A DNA stretch of 63,643 nt from Octopus bimaculoides (Eukaryota): assembly GCF_001194135.2 (NCBI RefSeq), contig NC_068995.1, positions 28,589,486-28,653,128 on the forward strand. The letters run 5' to 3'. The notes below the pieces were generated by a model. That model saw only the letters and a program-made list of their open reading frames with translations. It ran no database searches and was not told the DNA's origin. Position 1 is the stretch's first letter. Each line of letters starts with the position of its first letter. Positions 35,184-47,310 of the stretch are shown here, in pieces. The position numbers and the translations under genes are program-made.

Positions 35184-35923
35184 GTATTTGGCGGAATTCT
35201 CCGATTTGATTTCAATATTCTCCTTTCTTGCCACAATCTCGGAGACTAAAAGCTATGATTGTTGTTCTCCCTTCTCTCATTAAGCCAATAACATATATAT
35301 ATATATATATATATATANNNNNNNNNNNNNNNNNNNNNNNNNNNNNNNNNNNNNNNNNNNNNNNNNNNNNNNNNNNNNNNNNNNNNNNNNNNNNNNNNNN
35401 NNNNNNNNNNNNNNNNNNNNNNNNNNNNNNNNNNNNNNNNNNNNNNNNNNNNNNNNNNNNNNNNNNNNNNNNNNNNNNNNNNNNNNNNNNNNNNNNNNNN
35501 NNNNNNNNNNNNNNNNNNNNNNNNNNNNNNNNNNNNNNNNNNNNNNNNNNNNNNNNNNNNNNNNNNNNNNNNNNNNNNNNNNNNNNNNNNNNNNNNNNNN
35601 NNNNNNNNNNNNNNNNNNNNNNNNNNNNNNNNNNNNNNNNNNNNNNNNNNNNNNNNNNNNNNNNNNNNNNNNNNNNNNNNNNNNNNNNNNNNNNNNNNNN
35701 NNNNNNNNNNNNNNNNNNNNNNNNNNNNNNNNNNNNNNNNNNNNNNNNNNNNNNNNNNNNNNNNNNNNNNNNNNNNNNNNNNNNNNNNNNNNNNNNNNNN
35801 NNNNNNNNNNNNNNNNNNNNNNNNNNNNNNNNNNNNNNNNNNNNNNNNNNNNNNNNNNNNNNNNNNNNNNNNNNNNNNNNNNNNNNNNNNNNNNNNNNNN
35901 NNNNNNNNNNNNNNNNNNNNNNN

Positions 35924-35961
<38 letters not shown>

Positions 35962-36157
35962 TGTATCTGTATGTGCTTAGATGAATATTTAAACGCATGT
36001 ATTATGTATACGAATTGTTTACATTTAAAAATCATACGTGTATATTTATGCGGCTTTGTGTGTATTAGGCTGTAAATTTACGACAGAAAATCCTTCAGAG
36101 AAAACGGGTTATAAACAAATTATTAGTTTAACGGTCAATGAGAGATTACAAAAGTGG

Positions 36158-36206
36158 AAATACCTTTGACGTTTCGAGGTTTAAGCACGTCTTCAGAAAA
36201 GTATTT
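36158..36206 (-). ncRNA. Minimal type I hammerhead ribozyme-like motif (different family from the 8.4/14.2 kb pair)
   Basis: Minus strand: aaatactttt-CTGAAGA-cgtgcttaaacctc-GAAAC-GTC-aaaggtattt; 10-bp helix I with one G-U pair; helix II degenerate. Confidence 0.55.
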
Positions 36207-36363
36207 AGAAATGTAGAGGAAGAAACAGTTCTACAAATGGGTAAGGTGTATGTATATATGTATGGCATGCATTGGTATGTATGTATGTATGTATGTATGT
36301 ATGTATGTATGTATGTATGTATGTATATACACACATTTATAAAATGTGTATGCGTGTGTATGT

Positions 36364-36693
36364 ATCATCATGATCATCATGATCATCATCGTCATCGTTT
36401 AACGTCCGCTTTCCATGCTAGCATGGGTTGGACGATTTAACTGAGGACTGGTGAACCAGATGGTTACACCAGGCTCCAATCTGATTTGGTAGAGTTTCTA
36501 CATCTGGATGCCCTTCCTAACGCCAACCACTCCGAGAGTGTAGTAGGTGCTTTTACGTGCCACCGGCACGAAGGCCAGTCATGCGGTACTGGCAACGGCC
36601 ACGCTCGAAATGGTGTATTTTACGTGCCACCTGCACAGGAGCCAGTCCAGCGGTACTGGCAACGAACTCATTCGAGTGTCTTTTCACGTGCCA
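36364..36693 (-). mobile_element. RTE-type LINE/SINE 3' end with (GAT)n tail and ~65-bp internal tandem repeats
   Basis: (CAT)n-like tail on the plus strand at 36364-36396; ggatgcccttcctaacgccaac motif typical of RTE 3' ends; repeats start at 36551, 36618 and 36681. Confidence 0.6.
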
Positions 36694-36745
<52 letters not shown>

Positions 36746-36746
<1 letters not shown>

Positions 36747-37957
36747 CTATACTATAATGGAGAAAGCTTTTTATTAATCAGGTATGTAACAATTACTAAA
36801 AGCAATAGTAAAAGTCTGACCGCCTGGAAATATTTTTATAAATTCATATTCTAAGAAATTTCCTGTAATTTCGATTTCTGAAGTTTGTTGAATTTTTTCA
36901 TTGCATTCATTGCGTCTAATTCTTCATAAATTTAAATATTCATAGCATTCACCGCGAAGTAGATTTTAATGTTTAATAATGAACAGTATTATTTCGCAGG
37001 CGACATTTTACGTTTTTTATTTGCAAGTCTCTCATTTTCGCTCGCCTCTATTTTCATTAATGATAATTTAATAATAGCTATATAACTTTGATACGAGGCA
37101 TAACTTTAAGAATATCATTAGTTTCCGGAGTTTGTTAAATGAATATTTTTGATAAAATGAAAATTCTTTAATATACCGGTATAATTTTTTTGTTTTTAAT
37201 GAAGAAGTGATTTTATTGGTATGGCTGTTTGGAACGTTATTAGCCTTTCAATAACAACTATGTGATCGCTGTTATTTCTAGCACGCTAAACAAGATAGTT
37301 TTTAACGAGCTTTAACTTATACGATTTTTTCATCTAATGTTTGTAATGTTCTCTTCCCCACCTCTTTTTCTCTCTTACACACAAACACTCTCACAGTCTC
37401 TCTAATTTAAACACACGCACTCCAGGTTTGATTTTGTTATCACACAAATATTACATTTGAATTTTGCAATTCAACATGGGGCGTCAAAAAAAAAATATGC
37501 AACTGAAAAAGAAAATTTAGTAGTAAAGGTACAGCGGCAGAGAGAAAGACGGACAACTGAATTAGATGAAACCAGGGCAAAGTGACTGAAATAGATGTCT
37601 GAATATGTACGGAGACGTAGACATGATTCTGTTTCCGCTATACATGACCGACTGGTTAGGGTGTTTTGAGAAGAGAATATTCTGCTTCAAAATAATGGTG
37701 TCAGATCACAAATTGTTGATGCAACACTGAAGAGATCTTTTCTTTGGGATCACATGGTAGTAGTGGAGTTGACAACCAATATAAGATTTCTTACAGAAGG
37801 TCATTCTGATGAAAGAGAGTTTGCTAATTAGCTTCTTGATGTAGGAAATGGTAACATCTCTGTTGAACAAAGCCTTGGTGAATTCAAAATCAAACTACCC
37901 AATGACCTTTGCCTTGAAAGTGGTGCTTTTTCAGATCTTTGTGATTTTGTATATCCT
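36746..37957 (+). mobile_element. Helitron internal-deletion derivative (5' end, RepHel N-terminus, PIF1 helicase fragment); 3' end not found
   Basis: a|TCTATACTATAAT 5' terminus; charged N-terminus MGRQKK..QRQRERRTTELDETRAK from 37476 (frameshift in the A-run); 37691-37957 RSQIVDATLKRSFLWDHMVVVELTTNIR..EREFAN*LLDVGNG. Confidence 0.8.
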
Positions 37958-37959
37958 CC

Positions 37960-38157
37960 GGCAGGGGATGGTGGTGAACCCTGCTGTACTCTTTCATCAC
38001 AACTTTCTCTCATTCTTACTTCCTGTTTCTGTTGTGCCTGTAATACAAAGGGTCAGCCTTGTCACGCTGAATGTCCCCGAGAGCTACGTTAAGGGTACAC
38101 GTGTCTGTGGAGTGCTCAGCCACTTGCACGTTAATTTCACTAAGCCATGCGCCATCG

Positions 38158-38160
<3 letters not shown>
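37960..38160 (+). repeat. Unclassified interspersed repeat fragment (ctacgttaagggtacacgtgtctgtggagtgctcagccacttgcacg)
   Basis: Recognised from memory as a common octopus repeat; lies between two other elements. Confidence 0.4.
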
Positions 38161-38206
<46 letters not shown>

Positions 38207-38565
38207 GTTCAGTAGTTTTATTTTTATAACGTGCTTTCACTTCACTACCGCGCGCAGCTCTGTGTTCCTTGGGTATGTGCTGTGGTTTGCTGTGATGCTT
38301 TTATGGTTACTGTATTGAAAGTGTTTTGCGTAAGACGTGTGCAGTGCTCAGTAGGGCAATTTTCTGTATGTTATATATATTTGTAAGTCCTGGTGTTTTT
38401 GTTATGTATTTGTCTGAATATTTTTTTATTATATCTAAGGCACCTACTATGATAGGAATTGTTTCTGTTTTTAGATTCCACTTTCGAGTTACCCCTATTT
38501 CCAGGTCTTTGTATTTTGAAAGTTTTTCCAGTTCTTTTAGGGAAACGTCGTCATCTATTATTAAG
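38160..38565 (-). mobile_element. 5'-truncated R4/Dong-like (restriction-like endonuclease) LINE 3' end with (TAA)n tail
   Basis: KELEKLSKYKDLEI..KWNLKTETIPIIVGALDII..IQKIALLSTAHVLRKTL*, short 3'UTR, (AAT)n tail at 38160-38205. Confidence 0.85.
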
Positions 38566-38815
38566 CTGGCAGAAAAGTTAGCACGCCGGACGCAATGCTT
38601 AGCAGTATTTCGTCTGCCGTTACGTTCTGAGTTCAAATTCCGCCGAGGTCGACTTTGCCTTTCATCCTTTCGGGGTCGATAAATTAAGTACCAGTTACGC
38701 ACTGGGGTCGATGTAATCGACTTAATCCCTTTGTCTGTCCTTGTTTGTCCCATCTATGTTTAGCCCCTTGTGGGCAATAAAAAAAAAATTATTATTATTA
38801 TTATTATTATTATTT
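38563..38815 (+). mobile_element. tRNA-derived SINE (octopus OK/OR-like), (ATT)n tail
   Basis: agctggcagaaaagttagca A-box-like, gagttcaaattcc B-box, gcctttcatcctttcggggtcgataaa body. Confidence 0.8.
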
Positions 38816-40592
38816 AAAGGATTGATGTTACACCTCCTTTAAATATTACCAAAATGAAGCAGACTGAGATGTTTATTTTGAACTTGTNNNNNNNNNNNNN
38901 NNNNNNNNNNNNNNNNNNNNNNNNNNNNNNNNNNNNNNNNNNNNNNNNNNNNNNNNNNNNNNNNNNNNNNNNNNNNNNNNNNNNNNNNNNNNNNNNNNNN
39001 NNNNNNNNNNNNNNNNNNNNNNNNNNNNNNNNNNNNNNNNNNNNNNNNNNNNNNNNNNNNNNNNNNNNNNNNNNNNNNNNNNNNNNNNNNNNNNNNNNNN
39101 NNNNNNNNNNNNNNNNNNNNNNNNNNNNNNNNNNNNNNNNNNNNNNNNNNNNNNNNNNNNNNNNNNNNNNNNNNNNNNNNNNNNNNNNNNNNNNNNNNNN
39201 NNNNNNNNNNNNNNNNNNNNNNNNNNNNNNNNNNNNNNNNNNNNNNNNNNNNNNNNNNNNNNNNNNNNNNNNNNNNNNNNNNNNNNNNNNNNNNNNNNNN
39301 NNNNNNNNNNNNNNNNNNNNNNNNNNNNNNNNNNNNNNNNNNNNNNNNNNNNNNNNNNNNNNNNNNNNNNNNNNNNNNNNNNNNNNNNNNNNNNNNNNNN
39401 NNNNNNNNNNNNNNNNNNNNNNNNNNNNNNNNNNNNNNNNNNNNNNNNNNNNNNNNNNNNNNNNNNNNNNNNNNNNNNNNNNNNNNNNNNNNNNNNNNNN
39501 NNNNNNNNNNNNNNNNNNNNNNNNNNNNNNNNNNNNNNNNNNNNNNNNNNNNNNNNNNNNNNNNNNNNNNNNNNNNNNNNNNNNNNNNNNNNNNNNNNNN
39601 NNNNNNNNNNNNNTATATATATATATATATTAAGAGAGAGAGAGAGAAAGAGAGGGGGAGAGAGAAAGCAAGGAGAAAGAAAGTGTGTGTCTGTGTGTCT
39701 GTGTGTTTATGTGTTTGCGTTTGTGTCTGTAATATTTAATTAATGTGTAGGAGTTATCTTTCAGGAACACCTATGTTTTGAACAAATTCTATTGTTTAAC
39801 TCACTGTACAGATATAACGATTTTCTTTCCTATTTTGAAAATGCGAAATTAGTTCATAACTGTCACGTGATGGATAAGTGACAGGAAGATGTCGTCAGCA
39901 TTGTTTTCTCTTTTTAAAGTTAGCAGGTAGAACGTCTGACTGAAGTTTCTGTCTGTTACTAACGATAATTTGGCAAATCCCTCGCTCAATAAAAGTGAGA
40001 ACTTCATTTTGATGAATTATTTTTAAAACAATTTTTGTTGTTTTTTTCTAAACAAATTTTAAGGTTGCATTTTTGTTAAATTCATTCTACTTTCCATTTT
40101 TATTTCGATCCCAACCTAGACATACAATATGTTGACATTTAATAAAAGTTTCTTATATAATTTTATAAGTTTTGCACTGAAGTGAATATATTTTCATTTT
40201 ACAATGGCAAGCAATAATTTAGAAATATCATCTCAACTCCTGTATATGTCAAGATAAAAACGAATAAGAATATTAAGAAAAAAAAATTCCTATTCTTGTA
40301 TGAGTAAGCTTACAGTTATTTATTTATATATTTTTGCTTTTACGCCTACCTATTTTGAGCGGCTATCCTAAAGTTTGGACGTTTTACGCTCACAAATATC
40401 TACCACACCTTCATTTGAATTTTGTATAAATCTGTTAGTTACTACTTCTGACTCACGTCTTCCAGCTGGTACTTTAGGAAGTGTGTTGTATCGATTCACA
40501 GGATAAGTATTTCTTTTTGTTGTTGCAAACATAACAGTAATAAACGTGATGAACATTGTAGTTTGGTTACGGTCAGCGAATATAAATATATG

Positions 40593-41273
40593 TGGCATAC
40601 CTACACAAGTGTGCCCTGCCCGAATTTGTTTCCTCGTAACTTCCCGAGAAATGCATATGTTTTAATGAAATTTTCTACAAATACATTTCAGATAGTGCAG
40701 ATTACGATTATATGGGAATTTAATGTAAAAAAAAATTTCGAGGGTGGGAAGTTACGGAAATTCACACAAGTTGGCTTTGTTTCGTCATAACTTTTTTTAA
40801 TGAAATTTTCTACAAATACTTTCAGGTGGTGTAGATTACGATTATATCGGATTTTAAAATGAAAAAAAAAAAAAAAAAATATGGTGGGCTCGCACTCGTA
40901 CATATTGACTTTGAAATTTAAAGTTTCATTTTGTGATGTGTGTCAGTATGTATGTGTGGGAGCCCACCAATTTTTTGCCATATAAAATTTCGATATAACT
41001 AATCTGCATCGTCTTAAAGGTGTTTGGAGAAAATCTCATAAAAAAATACCCATGTCTCTGAAAGTTACCAGGAAATACATCTGACTCGTATGAATTTTCC
41101 GAAACTTCTCTCCATATCCCCTGAAAAATTTCTTTTCATAAAAATTTCCGATAAAATCGGAATCTACACCATCTGAAGCGTACTTGTAGAAAATTTCATT
41201 AATAACTATCCCTTTTTCTGGAAGTTATGAGGAAACAAAGTCGAGTGAGGGGCACATTTGTGTAGGTATGCCA
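40593..41273. mobile_element. Foldback-like MITE with ~130-bp TIRs, an extra internal TIR copy and an inner inverted repeat
   Basis: tggcatacctacacaagtgtgccc... mirrored by ...gggcacatttgtgtaggtatgcca; second arm copy at ~40775-40860; tggtgggctc/gagcccacca inner pair. Confidence 0.8.
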
Positions 41274-41298
41274 TATATTTTATCCCTGCTTTATTCTA

Positions 41299-41493
41299 CA
41301 GGGTGTCCACAAAGTCTGGGTACATGGGGATTAACACATACTTTAAGAAATTATTATTTTTTATAGTTAATCGTTTCTGTTATGATTTTATTTACTCCAT
41401 GTACCCACATGGGTATTAACACATACTTCAAGAAATTATTATTTCTTATATTTAATTGTTTATATTATGATTTTATTTACTCCATGTACCCTG
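41299..41493. mobile_element. Tc1/mariner-type MITE with TA flanks, ~86-bp internal tandem duplication and shortened right TIR
   Basis: ta|CAGGGTGTCCACAAAGTCTGGGTACATGG ... CCATGTACCCTG|ta. Confidence 0.7.
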
Positions 41494-43488
41494 TATTATG
41501 AATTAAACATAAAAATTTGCCGACAAAGTCGGTATTCCAATAAAAATTAAAGTAGGAAGCTGCATATTGTGATCATTTTGAGGCGAAATCTTTTCAATAA
41601 CATACAATCAGCAGCATCCACTCTATTTAGAGAATAATTCCGATAAGCCATCCAGATGATAAACAATATTATAAATATCTCTTAGTTTCTTGAATTAAAA
41701 AAAAATTAAAAATAGTAAAGCTTGGAGTAATTTCAAGGAAAACTATTTTCTGTTTCGATTATCCTATTTCTGGTTTTTATATTGAGTAATGTATTTCGTA
41801 TAAATAAACATTACATATTTTGAGGCTAAGAATTTAATTTTCTCTCTTTAAAACCCAGTATTAGATACATCATCTGGTATAATATTGTTTAGTCCATTTG
41901 TTCTGATCTGGTGTCAGACGTTGCCAACAATTGTTAGGATTATTTGAATATTAGTGAAGCATGTTACAGTGAATCATGCAAATGTTTCGTATTTCCTGTC
42001 GACAAAATGGCGAAAGATTATTCTGAAAAATGGCAGAGGAGATGTATGTACTGCCAGACACATTAGACCTCGCAGCTCTTATTCTTGCATATAGCAATTT
42101 CTGTTCCGATCAAACTGAGTAGGGATCAAGTTTGGGAGCCTAAGACACTGGAACTTTCCAAGTTGGAACAGAAACTTGTTGAAAATCACTTGCAAATTCG
42201 TTAGCTTCCACCTGATTTCAGACAATGTCATGTTCTTTTATGTCTTAATTTAAAGGCTGATTGACAATACTCATGATCTTTTGCAAGTATATCCGAAACT
42301 AGCGAATAGAAAAGTTGAAGGACCAAGTGTCATAGCTGCAATAGGATCAGTGTGTTATGCTCAAATTTGGGACTGTATCTATATTGCAACTAGAGGAATC
42401 AATCCAAAGACTATGATCCCTTTACTTGAAACACAGCGGTATTATTAAACAGACCGACAGTTAGCCCACGTAAAATTTTTTAAAAGTTTAGCGCATAAAT
42501 GCATATGCACATGTCTAGACCTGCAACTATATGTTTGAACACTCATACATAAAGCAAAACTTACAGATCTACACATGTACTGACGTCAAATACGTGCGTA
42601 TATACGCATATACATGCACAACTGCCCTGTGGATGCTGTCTGTTGAAATTCCAATGAAGTAGCCCTGGATCTAGATGAGAGACCGGCCACCTCTCTATAG
42701 TTTCAAATTTTGGTAACATATTGCACCTGAACGCCTCACAAAACTGAAAATATTTACGCTTTTTAATAATTTTGAGCCTCCTGCTAATTGTGTATGTTCT
42801 AATCTTGCAGCTGGTTTAGCTTATGCCCAAATCCGGTGCTGATTTCAAGTGATAATCTGGCTATATTCTCCAATTTGATGAACAGTCATATATACGGCTA
42901 CATTTTTTTGATAGCAAATCATATAATCCAATTCTTAGTCACAGATTCCATTAAAACTTAGGCATATTTGATCTGTGAAAGGGGGCTTTAAAGCGGGCGA
43001 TGGGTCTGGTAGGGCTGGTTGAGTTCCCAGCAAGAGCCAAAGATGAAAGTTCAATTTCCGGATGAACCTGCCTATTTAATCTCTCGTACAAGCTATTTCC
43101 ATCTTGAAACAGATGAATCTATCAAATTCACTGCTCTTTCACAAAAAAAAAAAAAAAAAATCACAGTACTTGAATTTCTGCCCTTTGGTTACGTAACCAA
43201 GCAAATCATTAAGGGATAGATGTCTTATAAATATTTTTATCATCATTTTATGTGAATGCATTGGGAAAGATATACTGTTTAATAACAGTTTGTCATACTA
43301 ACAATTTGAGACTCTTGTCTTCTCATTGTTACAACCTGCTTCTGGTATTCTGCTCCTCTTAACGACTACTTATTTAGAAGACCGTTGTACAGCCTAGAAA
43401 AAGAAACAAACGAGAATATCAGAGTAAACTTGTTCCTAACAAAGTGGTCCAAGACTGCATATAAACTTCTGTATCCCTTTGTGTGAGC

Positions 43489-43543
<55 letters not shown>

Positions 43544-43684
43544 NNNNNNNNNNNNNNNNNNNNNNNNNNNNNNNNNNNNNNNNNNNNNNNNNNNNNNNNN
43601 NNNNNNNNNNNNNNNNNNNNNNNNNNNNNNNNNNNNNNNNNNNNNNNNNNNNNNNNNNNNNNNNNNNNNNNNNNNNNNNNNNNN

Positions 43685-43740
<56 letters not shown>

Positions 43741-45522
43741 CTGAAACAGTATGTATATGTGTGTGTGCGTGCATGCGTATGTGTGCTCTCGCGCGCATTT
43801 ATTTGCTTTTGTATGTCAACATTTTGTGATTTTCCTACGGTGTGTCAACACTGTCCAGTGCGTGGCAACATTGCGTTGCCTACTGAGTAGAATGAGGTGA
43901 TGTGGTGGTGTCACTAGTGGAAGTGGTAGCAGTAGTGATGCTGTGTATATATGTGCATTTGTGTTTGTCTATATCTGTGTATATATGCGAGTATGTGTGT
44001 AAGTGTGTGCGCGTGTGTGTGAGCGTGTACGTGTGAGTGTGTGTACGTGTGTGCAGCCGCATGCGTTTTTTTTCAATCTACGGTGTTCGCCAAACATAAG
44101 TTGTCAGTAATTGTTTTTCAGTTCTATAGTTTCATGTATTTAATAGATACACGTGCAATTAACTTTATGTAAGCTACACTGATAGCCGAGTTAATGAAGT
44201 CTCCTCTAAGCGTCACCCCTATTCTCTTTAAAACAAAAAGCCCATTGCATAACGTAGAACGAGATACAAAATGCTATGTGTGATTGGTTGAAGAGCTCGT
44301 TTCGTAATTATGTTCCGAGTTCGATCCTATTAAGAGGCATCTTAAGCAAGTGTCTTGGGTCTACCTAAATCTCTAAGGATCTGATTTGTATCGTGGGTTG
44401 TTGTTAAGGTTAGCTTATTTTCTAATATGTCACTTTCTGGAAATGACTATCAGTTCAAACACATCTCCGCCCAGCCTTCTCTTTCGGAACAATAAGACGT
44501 ACAGAGACTAGCACAAATGTTCTGCTGATCTCTAATGCAAACTCCTCATGGTTTATGAAAGACGTTTCAACAAAAAAGAAAAGAATCTGAAAATGAGTTT
44601 ATGACGGCAACATGAATATACTTCCAATTTGGTTCCTCTTAGTGTCATTCATTACATCATCTTTATATCAACAGACACTAATTACAATCTAAGTCTTGCC
44701 AACGAAGTAGACTATACATTACTGAGAAGGTGTAATAAGATCGAGACGTGACTATTGCTTTCAACATTTAACTTTTTAGACAAAATCCATTGCTACCTGC
44801 TCTATTTTTGTTTTCACAAAATTTCGATGAATTGAATTTATTGGAATTGTTTTTCTCGTGCGGGTTGCTTTTAGATTTTATGCACCTCATATAAGAAGTT
44901 TTTGTCTCTCAGTATAGCGTGAATAATCTCAGTGAATCGTAAACTTATTCAAATCGTTATATTACATGTGTGACACGATAGCTTTTTTGAAATGTCTACT
45001 TCCCTATTAAACCCCTTTATCTTGTCACTAGCTGCTATTAAAGGGTTAGTTATAATTTCGGCTCCTACCCAGTACCTGTAAACTTTTTCTACTGTGACTG
45101 GTAGCTGTCAACATTCTCGAATATAATTACACAATAAACACCGGTTCAGTTACTGAAGATGGTTGGGTGAGGTGAGATGTCTACGCCAGTTAAAGGAATG
45201 TGAACTGTTGTATGACAAACGATATAACACTTAAATTGTCTATTACGAAACCTTTGACTATCACCAACACTTCCGCCACTAATCTACTGTCACCATGACA
45301 ATGATTACCATAGCCACAGCTATCAGTCGTCCTGCAAGAAATAGCAGCTAAATCTCGCTCATATAATACCGAACTGTCTTAAAAAAGAGCGCAACATTTA
45401 ATCTAGTTCTTGATATTGCTAATAAGACGGGGTGTTCAAACTTGAGATAGGTTTGCTAAACAACAACAACAGGAGTACTGCAGCTGCTGCTGTACGATAT
45501 AATATCATTACAAGATAAATAA

Positions 45523-45910
45523 AGGAGTGGCTGTGTGGTAAGTAGCTTGCTTACCAACCACATGGTTCCGGGTTCAGTCCCACTGCGTGGCACCTTGGGC
45601 AAGTGTCTTCTACTATAGCCTCGGGCCGACCAAAGCCTTGTGAGTGGATTTGGTAGACGGAAACTGAAAGAAGCCCGTCGTATATATGTATATATATATA
45701 GATATGTGTGTGTGTGTGTTTGTCCCCCCACCATCGCTTGACAACCGATGCTGGTGTGTTTACGTCCCCGTAACTTAGCGGTTCGGCAAGAAGAGACCGA
45801 TAGAATAAGTACTAGGCTTACAAAGAATAAGTCCTGGGTCGATTTTCTCGACTAAAGGCGGTGCTCCAGCATGGCCGCAGTCAAATGACTGAAACAAGTA
45901 AAAGAGTAAA
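45523..45910 (+). mobile_element. tRNA-headed CORE-like SINE (octopus OR-like) with internal (TA)n(TG)n
   Basis: tggctgtgtgg A-box, gggttcagtccc B-box, ccttgggcaagt CORE-like motif, conserved 3' half ending gaaacaagtaaaaga. Confidence 0.85.
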
Positions 45911-46049
45911 TAGATAAATATGTTGCTAGTGGGTGTCAAAAAAATGGGGATGACAATAATGTTATGTATGTATGTATGTATGTATGTATGTATCTATCTA
46001 TCTATGTGTGTGCGTGTGTGTATGTGTGTGTGTGAGTGTGTGTGTATGT

Positions 46050-46270
46050 GTGCTTTTTATCTTTTTCTTGATTCAACCATTAGACTACGGCTATGCTGAG
46101 GCATTGCCTTGAAAGATTTTAATCAAACGAATTGACCCCAGTACTTATTTTTAAAAGGCTTAGTACTTACTCTATCGGACACTTTTGCCGAACCGCTAAT
46201 GCTACATGTGATGGGGAGGAGCACAAACACAGACGTGAAGACGCGCGCACACACACATAAACACACACAC

Positions 46271-46329
<59 letters not shown>

Positions 46330-46330
46330 C
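46050..46330 (-). mobile_element. 3' half of the same SINE family
   Basis: cggctatgctgaggcattgcc, cttttgccgaaccgctaa, then (CA)n. Confidence 0.65.
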
Positions 46331-47019
46331 GTATATATTTATTAAAACTTTGAGAAGTTTCACATAAGTAAATTTATGTTAAAAACGTCAGAAAAAGAGT
46401 GCTTTGAGAACTTTAACTTAATAAAGAGGTGAAAATGATTACATTTTTATTTTCAACAAAAGATGCAACTATTTTCTATTGTCGAGATAAAAGTGGCGAA
46501 CTGAGAAACCGGGGCTCAGATTAAATTAACTTTTTTGGAAGGCAGTTTTGAACGTTCACGTGTTTTTCAAACTAAACTTTCATAGTAGTGACTGTTGATC
46601 TTCCTCCGAAAGCTGTTGTAGTCATAGATGCAACATCAGTAGCAGCAGCTGTATTGGTGTCCATTGTTTCTCATCGGCAATGTTTATATTAAGAAGTGAT
46701 TTTTAAAGGTGAGTAGACGTATATTGGTGATGGTGATAGTTGTGGGAACAATTGTAGTAGTCGTAGTAGTAGCTGAGGTATTAAGTTGTAGTAGTAGCCG
46801 TATGTGTAACAATAGCAGGAGCGGTAACAGCAACGAGAACAGCAGTCCCAGCGGCCTGCAGTGTTAATAGCGTAAAGGTTTAATCGATCAAATCGACCTC
46901 AGTACATATTTTAAGGCCTGTAACTCATTCTATCTACTTCTAATAGCTGAATCACCAAGTAAACTAGTTATACTAATAGCTCAAACAAACACAATTCTAA
47001 TACTGTCTTAAAAAAAAAA

Positions 47020-47310
47020 ATACTCAGACCAGAGAAACGTAGACACCCAATGGGGATCTTTGGGGTTTGACGGGCAACACTTGTTTTCTTAACGAAACAC
47101 TTTCAAACTTGGGACACTGGTAGAATGTGTCATATAAAACAACTTCTTCTCTTAACCTTCTTAACAAAAAATTGTACATCGCAAATTATTTCATGTTAAA
47201 GTTGTCGTATTTCTGTAATTTCAACCAATCACTGACGTCTGTTCAGCTGAATACAGTTACTGCTGTTCGGTGTCAAGTGTGTTATTCCCTGTTTAATTAT
47301 ATCATTATTC
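47020..47310 (+). mobile_element. Unclassified DNA-transposon-like repeat (MITE?), cut by a gap
   Basis: Internal part homologous to 16300-16395 in inverse orientation. Confidence 0.45.

Noticed and set aside
36551-36693. Repeat-spacer (CRISPR-like) pattern
   Set aside because: The intervening sequences are homologous to each other, so these are tandem repeats of a retroelement 3' region in a eukaryote
42280-42445. Open frame IYPKLANRKVEGP... as the next exon
   Set aside because: Weak splice sites; resembles a degraded SINE
42720-43220. Possible coding segment (MKVQFPDEPAYLISRTSYF...)
   Set aside because: No motif recognised, no convincing splice pair, stops in the other frames
45523-45590. 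tRNA genes at SINE heads
   Set aside because: Only A/B boxes are present, with no full cloverleaf, and they continue into the SINE body
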